A DNA stretch of 64,000 nucleotides, taken from assembly GCA_044225365.1 (NCBI GenBank), contig JBGAIQ010000003.1, positions 192,880 to 256,879 of the forward strand. Direction: 5' to 3'. Made by a program: the position numbers and the translations under genes. The DNA is from Planctomycetota bacterium (GTDB taxonomy: Bacteria > Planctomycetota > B15-G4 > JADJEK01). Within the stretch, counting starts at the first letter, position 1. Each line of letters begins with the position of its first letter. A model generated the notes under the pieces. It saw only the letters and a list, made by a program, of their open reading frames with translations. It searched no databases and was not told the DNA's origin. Shown in pieces: positions 48,897 through 57,100 of the stretch.

Positions 48897-50507
48897 ATGG
48901 CGAAGGGATCTTCAGTCGGAACGGTCGGTCGCAAAGCGATCTTCGCGCTCGTCTTCGTTGCGATTCTCCTTGCCCCCTATACGCCCGGTGCGCCCACCTC
49001 GTCGTGCGCATTCGCCGCGGAGCCCGAGAAGCCCACGGTCGTCATCGCTCACGTCGAAGGCGAGATCTTCGATTCGATCGTCGCGATGCTCGGTCGCGCG
49101 GCGAGTACCGCCGAGCGCGAGAAGGCGTCCCGCCTCGTGCTCGAGATCGACTCGCCCGGCGGCTCGATCGAAGCGATGGACGAGATCGGCCGCATCCTCG
49201 ACCGCGTCCAGGTCGAGCCGGTGGCCTACGTCCGCGGCGACGCGCTCTCCGCCGCGGCCTACGTCGCCCTCTGCGGGAAGTCGATCTACCTCGGCGCCAA
49301 CTCCCAGATCGGTTCGGCGACGCCGATCTTCGTGATCCCGGGCATCGGCCTCGTCCCCACCGACAAGATCGATCGCTCGATCAACGAGAAGTTGCTCTCC
49401 GTCGTCCGCAGCAAGTTCCGCGCGCGCGCGAGCAAGCACGAACGCCCCGGCATCGACGCGCTCGCGGCGGCGATGGTCGATTCGGACATCGAGGTCGTGC
49501 TCGCGGAGATCCCACGGAGCGATGGCCGCGGCTCCGAACTGCAGCCGATGACCCGCACCGATTTCGACGATCTCGTCCGCAAGGGTGAGCGCGTCGCGAT
49601 CAACAAGACGATCAATCCCAAGGGCAAGCTGCTCAATCTCTCGGCTCAGGAAGCCTTCGACTACGGCCTCTCCGATGGCAGCGTCGAGTCGCGCGACGAG
49701 ATGCTGCGCGCGATCGGTCTCGACGGCGCCCGCGTGATCGAGATAAGGACCTCATGGGCGGAACGGCTGTTCGGGTTCATCGGGAAGTTCGCCTGGATCC
49801 TCTGGGGCGCCGCGATCGTGCTGCTCATCATCGAGGCGAAGACCCCCGGCTTCGGATTGCCGGGCGCGCTCGGCATCGGACTCGTCGCGCTCCTGCTCTT
49901 CCGCAACAACATGCTCGGCCTCGCCGCGCTGCCCGAGATCCTGCTGATCGTCCTCGGAGTCGTCCTGCTCGCGATCGAGATCATGGTCATCCCAGGATTC
50001 GGCTTCACTGGCATCCTCGGGATCCTGTGCATCGGAGTGGGCGTCGTGCTGTCGTTCCTTCCGTTCGTGTCACCGTCGAACGCGTACGAGAGCGAGTTGC
50101 TCGGCAACGCGCTGCGCAACTTCTTCCTCTCGTTGCTCCTCGCGCCGATCGCCGCGTACTTCCTTTTCCATTTCGGACTGCGCCATCTGCCGTTCTATCG
50201 CAACATGCGACTCGTCGGAGGCGACGCCGCCGCACTCGCCGGAAGCGCAGCCTCGCTCCTCCCCGTGGGCGAACGGATCGACCTACATGTCGGCGATCGC
50301 GGCACGGCGGTGTCGGTGTTACGACCGTCGGGCAAGGTCGAGATCGACGGGAAATGGCTCGACGCCACCTCGAGTGGCGAGTACATCGAGTGCGGCGTTC
50401 CCGTGGAGATCGTGAGCATCGCGGCGAACCACGTCGTGGTCAGGCAGCGGCGAGACGTCGAGTTCGTTGCTACGGCCCCATCGAACGACGACCGCCCAAC
50501 GACTTGA
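48897..50507 (+). CDS. nfeD: Long-form NfeD (ClpP-like S49 protease domain + TM bundle + OB fold)
   Basis: EIDSPGG, ALSAAAYVAL, GSATP, NEK, PGFG x2, LRPSGKVEIDG. Confidence 0.9.
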   Translation: MAKGSSVGTVGRKAIFALVFVAILLAPYTPGAPTSSCAFAAEPEKPTVVIAHVEGEIFDSIVAMLGRAASTAEREKASRLVLEIDSPGGSIEAMDEIGRILDRVQVEPVAYVRGDALSAAAYVALCGKSIYLGANSQIGSATPIFVIPGIGLVPTDKIDRSINEKLLSVVRSKFRARASKHERPGIDALAAAMVDSDIEVVLAEIPRSDGRGSELQPMTRTDFDDLVRKGERVAINKTINPKGKLLNLSAQEAFDYGLSDGSVESRDEMLRAIGLDGARVIEIRTSWAERLFGFIGKFAWILWGAAIVLLIIEAKTPGFGLPGALGIGLVALLLFRNNMLGLAALPEILLIVLGVVLLAIEIMVIPGFGFTGILGILCIGVGVVLSFLPFVSPSNAYESELLGNALRNFFLSLLLAPIAAYFLFHFGLRHLPFYRNMRLVGGDAAALAGSAASLLPVGERIDLHVGDRGTAVSVLRPSGKVEIDGKWLDATSSGEYIECGVPVEIVSIAANHVVVRQRRDVEFVATAPSNDDRPTT

Positions 50508-50526
50508 ATTCGGAGCTTCTCATCGC

Positions 50527-51018
50527 ATGGAATTCTGGGCATTCATCCTGCTGGGACTCGGCCTCGTGTTCATCATGCTCGAGGTCTTCTTCCCATCGTT
50601 CGGCCTGCTCGGCACGCTCGCCGCGGGATGTTTGATCGCCGGTGCCGTGCTCGCGTATCAGAGCGGGAGCTCGATCTTCCGCAACTACCTGCTCGTCGCG
50701 TTCGTGCTCGGACCGGTCGTCACGCTCGTCGCCCTCAAGACGTGGCCGAAGACTCCGATGGGACGGAAGATGACGCTCGCGGGCTCCACCTTCGATCCGC
50801 GCGAAGCGGCCCCAGGCGGCGCCGACCTCGACGCCCTCGCCGGGAAGAACGGGGTCTCGATCACTCCACTGCGCCCCGCCGGGAAAGCGCTCATCGAAGA
50901 CCGTCGCGTCGATGTCCTGACGCGCGGCGAACTCATCGAAGCGGGCACACCGATCCACGTCCTGCGCGTCGAGGCGAACCGCGTGTTCGTCGCCGAACGC
51001 CATTCTCCGACATCCTGA
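50527..51018 (+). CDS. Short NfeD family protein
   Basis: LEVFFPSFG TM hairpin; TPLRPAGKA..RVDV OB fold. Start ATG 50527. Confidence 0.88.
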   Translation: MEFWAFILLGLGLVFIMLEVFFPSFGLLGTLAAGCLIAGAVLAYQSGSSIFRNYLLVAFVLGPVVTLVALKTWPKTPMGRKMTLAGSTFDPREAAPGGADLDALAGKNGVSITPLRPAGKALIEDRRVDVLTRGELIEAGTPIHVLRVEANRVFVAERHSPTS

Positions 51019-51054
51019 ATCGCTCGCCCGCCTCGGCGGGCTGGGAGGCTCCTC

Positions 51055-52098
51055 TTGTTCCAGTCGATTGAACCCCTGTTGCTCGATTCCGACGTGACGA
51101 ACGCCGTGTACGTCGTGATCGGGCTCATCGCGCTCATCTTCCTCATCGTGATGTTCAAGTACATCGGGCTCTACGTGCAGGCCGTGCTGGCGCACGCGGA
51201 GGTCGGGCTCTTCGACATGCTCGCGATGTCGCTGCGAAAGGTGTCGCCGGCGCTGATCGTTCGCGCCAAGGTGATGGCGGTGCAGGCCGGACTCCCGCTC
51301 AAGACGAAGGACGTCGAAGCGCACTTCCTCGCGGGCGGCAACGTGCTGAACGTCGTGAAGGCGTTGATCGCGGCGCATCGCGCCGGCCTGAATCTCGACT
51401 TCCAGCAGGCGACGGGCATCGATCTCGCTGGCCGCGACGTGCTGAACGCCGTCAACACGTCGGTGAATCCGAAGGTCATCGACTGTCCCGATCCGGCGAA
51501 GAGCCGCGAATCCTACATCGCCGCCGTCGCGAAGGACGGGATCCAGTTGCTCGCGAAGGCGCGCGTGACGGTGCGCACGAATCTCGCGCAGCTCGTCGGC
51601 GGCGCGACGGAGGAAACGATCATCGCTCGCGTCGGTGAGGGCATCGTCGCCTCGATCGGCGTCGCGGAGACCTACAAGGACGTGCTCGAGAAGCCAGACC
51701 GCATCAGTAAGACCGTGCTCGCGCGCGGACTCGACGCCGGCACCGCGTTCGAGATCCTCTCGATCGACATCGCCGACATCAACGTCGGCGAGAACATCGG
51801 CGCGAAGCTGCAAGCCGAACAGGCCGAATCGAACAAGCGCATGGCGCAAGCGCAGGCCGAGGTTCGCCGCGCGATGGCCGTCGCGCAGGAACAGGAGATG
51901 CAGGCCCGCGTGATGGAGAATCGCGCCAAGGTCGTCGACGCCGAAGCGCAGGTCCCACTCGCGATGGCGGACTCGTTCCGCAGTGGACACCTCGGCGTGA
52001 TGGATTACTACCGCTTCCGAAACATCGAGGCCGACACCGCGATGCGACGATCGATCTCTGATCCGAACCGCGGCGGCGGCGCGAGCGACAACACGTGA
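51055..52098 (+). CDS. floA: Flotillin-like protein FloA (YqfA)
   Basis: [76 protein letters not shown]. Confidence 0.95.
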   Translation: MFQSIEPLLLDSDVTNAVYVVIGLIALIFLIVMFKYIGLYVQAVLAHAEVGLFDMLAMSLRKVSPALIVRAKVMAVQAGLPLKTKDVEAHFLAGGNVLNVVKALIAAHRAGLNLDFQQATGIDLAGRDVLNAVNTSVNPKVIDCPDPAKSRESYIAAVAKDGIQLLAKARVTVRTNLAQLVGGATEETIIARVGEGIVASIGVAETYKDVLEKPDRISKTVLARGLDAGTAFEILSIDIADINVGENIGAKLQAEQAESNKRMAQAQAEVRRAMAVAQEQEMQARVMENRAKVVDAEAQVPLAMADSFRSGHLGVMDYYRFRNIEADTAMRRSISDPNRGGGASDNT

Positions 52099-52691
52099 GG
52101 CACTCGTTCGGTCCCCTCCTCTGCGACGCGGGATTCGCATTCATCGCCGCCCTGGTCCTCGTGTTCTTCGCAATCATGAGCCGGGTCGTCGACGAAGCGA
52201 AGAAGGCCGTGATGCGCCAGAAGGGCGACGCCGGAGGGGGATCCCCCCCGCCGATGGATCAGCAGCAAATCGAGCAGCGCTTGCGCGAGATCGTGGCGCA
52301 GAAGAAGCGAGCGGAAGCCGCGGCGCGCGAACGCATCGAGGCTCCGATGAGCGCGCCCGCCCCGGCCCGTTCGGCGCCGTTTCGCGAACGACCGCAAGCC
52401 GCTCCAAACGCCGGCGCCGAGCGCATGCGCAAGGACGCCCGCACGATCTCCGACTCGGCCGAGGCAATCGGGACGAAGGCGGATCGCATCTCGACGATGA
52501 CGAGCGCTCCGCGTTCCGAGGTCACCGCGCTCGTACGCGGCAAACTGCGCAGCGTCGCCGACGACAAGCTCCGCCCCGCCGATGCGATCACCCTGCGCCT
52601 GCGCAACTCACCTCGCGCACTCCGCGACGCGATCGTGCTCGCCGAAGTGCTCGGCAAACCGAAAGGCCTGCGCGAGGACTTCGGTTCGTAG
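52095..52691 (+). CDS. YqfB-like hypothetical protein
   Basis: GTGA overlap with floA; N-terminal TM; C-terminal [18 protein letters not shown] motif typical of genes following floA. Confidence 0.7.
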   Translation: MRHSFGPLLCDAGFAFIAALVLVFFAIMSRVVDEAKKAVMRQKGDAGGGSPPPMDQQQIEQRLREIVAQKKRAEAAARERIEAPMSAPAPARSAPFRERPQAAPNAGAERMRKDARTISDSAEAIGTKADRISTMTSAPRSEVTALVRGKLRSVADDKLRPADAITLRLRNSPRALRDAIVLAEVLGKPKGLREDFGS

Positions 52692-52769
52692 GGGCAGACG
52701 GCTGTCTGCCCGGCTCTGTATCTCGCAAGCATCCGACCCGTCGGGGTCGTCGCCGGAACTGCGAGTGCT

Positions 52770-53153
52770 CGCGTGAGTGCAGAAGCGAGCGTCGCGGCGG
52801 TCCGTGAGGGCGAGGTCGATCATTTCACACGGAGGACCACGGAGGTCAGAGGAGGACCACGGAGGTCGGAGAAGAACAGAGGATCGAAAAGGGGACGTCC
52901 CGCACACTCGATGCGATCGAAGCTCCTCGGTAGCCGCGTTCGTAAAGACCGCGGAGGTGGCCCCCTTTCACGTTTCCTGTTCTCGGTGGGCCTCCTCTGT
53001 CCTCCGTGGGCCTCCGTGGAAAACTCCGCGTCGTTCCCCGAACGTGCACGCGTGAATGCAAAGGCGAGCGTTGCGGCTGTCCGTGAGGGCAAGGTCGATC
53101 ATTTCACACGGAGGACCACGGAGGTCGGAGAAGAGCAGAGGATCGGAAAGGGG
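52770..53153. repeat. REP-like palindromic repeat cluster (two direct copies plus one inverted copy)
   Basis: Copy 1 about 52770-52894 and copy 2 about 53049-53153 share GTCGATCATTTCACACGGAGGACCACGGAGGTC. Inverted copy about 52961-53022 (CTCCTCTGTCCTCCGTGGGCCTCCGTGGAAAA). Confidence 0.85.
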
Positions 53154-53160
53154 CCGGCGA

Positions 53161-54921
53161 CTACGGCGCGATCGTGAGACTCACCTTGTTCGTGAAGTAG
53201 TTCGCGGGCGAGTTCGCGACGAGGTCGCCGACGATCGCCTGCAGATGCGCAGTGAGCCCGACCAGGTTTGGATCCGCTGGAATTGGCAACGGCAGGGTGG
53301 CGCGATCCTGGAACGTCGCGAACGGCGCGGAGAGCAGCGTCACGAAGACCTGGCTCGGGTCGAGCAGCAGCGTGCCGTAGGGCGGATACGAGATGTTCGA
53401 GAGCGACGAACCGAGGAACAGCAGGTACTTCTCGTTGTACGTGCCGTCGATCTCGAGCGTCGCGTTTTGCCCGATCGAGCTCGAACCGGACAACTGCAGC
53501 GCCGGCAGGTAGAGGAATCCTCCGACTTTCGTCACCGTCCCGTTCGCAACGGTGACGGAAAGGTCGACCTTACCGGGCACGTGCGGCGGAGCTTCCGCGC
53601 TGATGCTGTTCTGGCCGACGAACGACGCGTTCTGCGACGTGACACCGTCGAACTTCACCGCCACCGCGTCGCCGATGTTGCCGAGGTTCGCGCCCGAGAT
53701 GAACACGGTCGTGCCGCCGCCGTGCGAGCCACGATCCGGGAACGCCGCGGCAATCGTGGGCGGCAGGATCACTTGGATCCCGCTGCGCATCAGCGGATCG
53801 ACGACCACCACGTTCTGCCACGACAGGTACGGCATCGCCATGTAGTAGGCCTCGATCGCGTCGTAGCCGGTGACGTAGCGCGAGAAGAGGATGTCCGGAT
53901 GGACGCAGGCCTGAAGGAACGGCTCGTCGACGTAACCCGCCGCGCCACTCGCACCGAGATGGATGAGATCCGCGATCAGGGATTGACCGTAGCTCTGGCC
54001 CGCTTTCAGGAACGTGCGGCCATTCGTCGAGACGTAGTCGGTGACGAGCGCGCCGGCGAGCCAAGAGCCGGGATAGACGTTTCCCGATCCAGCCGGCACG
54101 TCCCCGTAGTATGGCGGGCCGGCGGTGAACGAATCATTGCTGCCCCACGATGCGTACCCGATCACGTTCGGCTGGTTGAAGAGGAACTGGTTCGTCGCGT
54201 CGAGCGTGACGTTGAGGCCGTACGAGGTGAGCGTCGTCGCCGCCGTCTCCATCCACGTGTTGCCGATGAGGTAGCCACCCGTCTTCGACGGATCCTTGTC
54301 GAGCACGAACTGACCGCTGCTCGACGGATTCTGCGCGCGGTCGATCAGGGCCTTCACGTCACCCGGGATGCCCGTCTGGGGATCGACGTTGTCCTCGTAG
54401 CCGTCGAGACGCGCGACGAGGAAATGCGGTGTCGTGCCGGTGTACTGCGCGAAGTGGACGTTCTTGTTGAAGTACGGGTTCGTGATCCAATTGGGCTGCC
54501 CCGCGTCGGGCAGCGCGGTCGTGAGCAGGAGCGTCAGCTCCGAATCGACGGACGCGTTGTTGTTCCCCGCCACACGGATCGGGACGTACTTGGTGAGCAC
54601 GATGTACTTGATCTGCGCCGCGAGCTGGGGCTGCGTGACGGTGATGTACGTCTTGATCGCATCGCGGAAGTACGAGTTGTAGTCGGCGCGGGAGATCGTC
54701 TCCACCGAGGGCGTGCCGTTCGGCAGGTGGAAGACGTTGACGGCAGGGATCGCTCGCAGGCCGGCGTAGTAGTTTCCGATCGCGACCGAGACGGGATTCG
54801 AGTCGTTGACGACGACGAGCACTTGAGCGGGCGTCGATCCGCGCGAGTCGCGGGCAACGAAGCCAAGGACGAAGCTCAGCACGACGAATCCGACGCGCGT
54901 TGCGAACGTGCGCTGCGACAT
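53161..54921 (-). CDS. TIGR03790-like protein with IPT/TIG domain and C-terminal beta domain
   Basis: VLVVVN.S...S..I..YY...R.IP, SVDSEL, NPYF, LVARLDG, GYASWGSND, GAAGYVDEPFL, SWQNVVVVDPL; IPT GGTTVFISGANLG. Start ATG 54921. Confidence 0.82.
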   Translation of the reverse strand: MSQRTFATRVGFVVLSFVLGFVARDSRGSTPAQVLVVVNDSNPVSVAIGNYYAGLRAIPAVNVFHLPNGTPSVETISRADYNSYFRDAIKTYITVTQPQLAAQIKYIVLTKYVPIRVAGNNNASVDSELTLLLTTALPDAGQPNWITNPYFNKNVHFAQYTGTTPHFLVARLDGYEDNVDPQTGIPGDVKALIDRAQNPSSSGQFVLDKDPSKTGGYLIGNTWMETAATTLTSYGLNVTLDATNQFLFNQPNVIGYASWGSNDSFTAGPPYYGDVPAGSGNVYPGSWLAGALVTDYVSTNGRTFLKAGQSYGQSLIADLIHLGASGAAGYVDEPFLQACVHPDILFSRYVTGYDAIEAYYMAMPYLSWQNVVVVDPLMRSGIQVILPPTIAAAFPDRGSHGGGTTVFISGANLGNIGDAVAVKFDGVTSQNASFVGQNSISAEAPPHVPGKVDLSVTVANGTVTKVGGFLYLPALQLSGSSSIGQNATLEIDGTYNEKYLLFLGSSLSNISYPPYGTLLLDPSQVFVTLLSAPFATFQDRATLPLPIPADPNLVGLTAHLQAIVGDLVANSPANYFTNKVSLTIAP

Positions 54922-55105
54922 GGGGTCAGCTCCTGAACGGATCGCGAAGTCCAACGGATTCTACCTCAGGCCACGGCCGGCGGCGCGGAGGTAAAGAACG
55001 AGGGCGACGATGCCGCTGCGCATCGCCGCCCTCGCACGTTTTGACCGCCACATGGAGGAGATCCGAGGAATCGGATCTACGGCACGCGGGATGGTCTGAT
55101 TCGAT

Positions 55106-56758
55106 TCACTGGATCTCGAGCCAGAGGCCGTTCGTCATCGCGAACCCGCCCTGGGGCACGGCCACCGCGGCTTGCATCCTCCAGAATTGCCCGACGAGGG
55201 CGAGCGGCAGATCGAACGACGTCGAGTACTGCCCGACCGCGTCCGTGAAGACCGGGTTCCCGGTCACCACAGGCGACGCGATGAGGAGCTGGCAACCGAA
55301 TCCGATGGGCGTCTGAGCGGCGTTGATGCCGGCGAGCAGGATGACCATCGTGTTGGGCGCGGACTGCGCGACCTGGAGCGTCGCCTGGGTTCCCGCGCCG
55401 AGCGATCCGATCGTCGCGAGCGTCGGAACGGTGGTTCCGAATCCCGCGCAACCCTGGCCATAGGAAACGACCGTGAACGCCGTCACCCGATTGGGCTCGA
55501 CGCAATGGACTCGGAGATCAACGTTGATGTCGCCCATCACCATCTGCGGCCACTGAGCGCCGATCGTCGGCAGCGACAGCACCGTCGCGTCCATCCAGCC
55601 CGAAGCGCCCCACCCGATGTTCTTGCCATTCGCGCCGAGACCGACCTGAAATGCAGGACCGGTGTTGACGACGTCGATGACGGCGCCGGCGATGCTGCCC
55701 TGTCCCGTCAGCGTCCCGTGGAACGCCTGATAGTAGTGCCAGAGCGAAGGATCGACCGGGCCGCCGTTCTGAACGTAGGCCGTGGGAATGAGTTCCTCCT
55801 TCGGGCTCCCGGCGGGCGGATAGTTCGGGTCCGTCGGATCGATTCGCTGCGAGAAGTCGATCGCCACCGCGATCTTCGCATTTGGATCCGTGATCCCGTC
55901 ACCGATCGCGACCATCTTCGCCGTACCGTTCGGCTGTTCCAGGAAGGACGCTCCGGCCTCGAACGTGAAGTTCTCGATGCCGGGGAGATAGATGGCGAAT
56001 CCGGAAATGAACTGTCCGAAGGAGTCCGCGACGGCGGCGCGAGCGCAGAGCGGCGTGACCACGTCGCGATCGTTGTTGATATCGCCCTCGAAGTGGAGCG
56101 GGAGCGCCGGGCCCGAGATCGCCTGTGCGGTGGTCGTCGCCGTGAACCACGAAGACATGCCGTCATGACCGTTCATGCCGTTCGCGCCCTGGCCGACCTG
56201 GAATGCCGGTCCCATCTGCGCAAGCGCGACTCGGCACCCGGCCATGCCATCGAGCCCGAAGAGCGAGCCGCTGAATTTCTTGTAGTAATAGAACGTGTTC
56301 GGGTCGATCGGCCCTCCAGCGACCTTATAAGCCGTCGGGAGGAGCTCGAGCTTCGGACTGCCGAGCGGCGGATAATTCGCATCGCCGGGGACCACGCGTT
56401 GACCGAGATCGACACGGGCGATGAATCGGAAAATGGGATTCGACGTGCTACGAATCACACCCTGGATCGATGCTGTGCCGTCGCCTCGTTCGATGAACAG
56501 CGGAGGCGTCTCATAACTGAGGTCGGGAACGATGTCCGAGAGGAAGAACGCGTGATGCGGGATGTTCGCGGCAGCGAGCGAATCGACCGTCGAGTTCAAC
56601 GCGGTCGATACGTGGGGAAACGTCGGAACGGCCGCGCCGGCGGTTGCGCCGAATGCCTGTTGAACTGCGAGTAGGAGCAGGCCGATACCATAGCGGCAGA
56701 GCAGTCGTCGATCGTTGGGAATGGCGGACGCCGGGCGGGACGGCGATGAAATGAACAT
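55106..56758 (-). CDS. Secreted protein with two ~185-aa repeats and Gly-Cys C-terminal domain
   Basis: Signal-like N-terminus; 2x NYPP.GSPK.EL...AY...GGP.D...YY..F.G...GPAFQVG.GANG.N; C-terminal YGQGCAG...GCQLL. Start uncertain (56758 chosen). Confidence 0.78.
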   Translation of the reverse strand: MFISSPSRPASAIPNDRRLLCRYGIGLLLLAVQQAFGATAGAAVPTFPHVSTALNSTVDSLAAANIPHHAFFLSDIVPDLSYETPPLFIERGDGTASIQGVIRSTSNPIFRFIARVDLGQRVVPGDANYPPLGSPKLELLPTAYKVAGGPIDPNTFYYYKKFSGSLFGLDGMAGCRVALAQMGPAFQVGQGANGMNGHDGMSSWFTATTTAQAISGPALPLHFEGDINNDRDVVTPLCARAAVADSFGQFISGFAIYLPGIENFTFEAGASFLEQPNGTAKMVAIGDGITDPNAKIAVAIDFSQRIDPTDPNYPPAGSPKEELIPTAYVQNGGPVDPSLWHYYQAFHGTLTGQGSIAGAVIDVVNTGPAFQVGLGANGKNIGWGASGWMDATVLSLPTIGAQWPQMVMGDINVDLRVHCVEPNRVTAFTVVSYGQGCAGFGTTVPTLATIGSLGAGTQATLQVAQSAPNTMVILLAGINAAQTPIGFGCQLLIASPVVTGNPVFTDAVGQYSTSFDLPLALVGQFWRMQAAVAVPQGGFAMTNGLWLEIQ

Positions 56759-56989
56759 TCGATCTCTCCGGTTGTGGACGCACCGTCGCGTGGAAGGGCA
56801 CATCGATCCCGTTCCGCATAGGAACGGGAGCCGGTCGATGTTCCTGGGGACGGCGTTGCGGTGTGCGCAGCGCACAGCGCGTTCCACGTGCGAAATGTTC
56901 CGCGCGGGAGAGTCGGAATTTTCCTAACTCGTGGCCCTCACGGTTCGCGATCCGATCCGGCGACATGTAGGGCTCGATCGGTAGCAACG

Positions 56990-57027
56990 AAAAGAGGCGC
57001 CCGTTCCCGAAAGGACGAGCGCCTCTT
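56990..57027 (-). terminator. Rho-independent terminator downstream of the 57101 gene
   Basis: AAGAGGCGC...GCGCCTCTT stem; short U-run on the minus strand. Confidence 0.65.
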
Positions 57028-57100
57028 CTGCATTTTGCATCGAGGTGTGCCGGGCGACCTTTCGATCACCGGGCTCGCCGCGATGCGGCGGTGTCGCGAC

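Noticed and set aside
52770-53177. CRISPR array, or the 134-aa ORF 52773-53177
   Set aside because: Repeats are irregular, partly inverted and lack unique equal-length spacers; no cas genes. The ORF is just the repeat translated.
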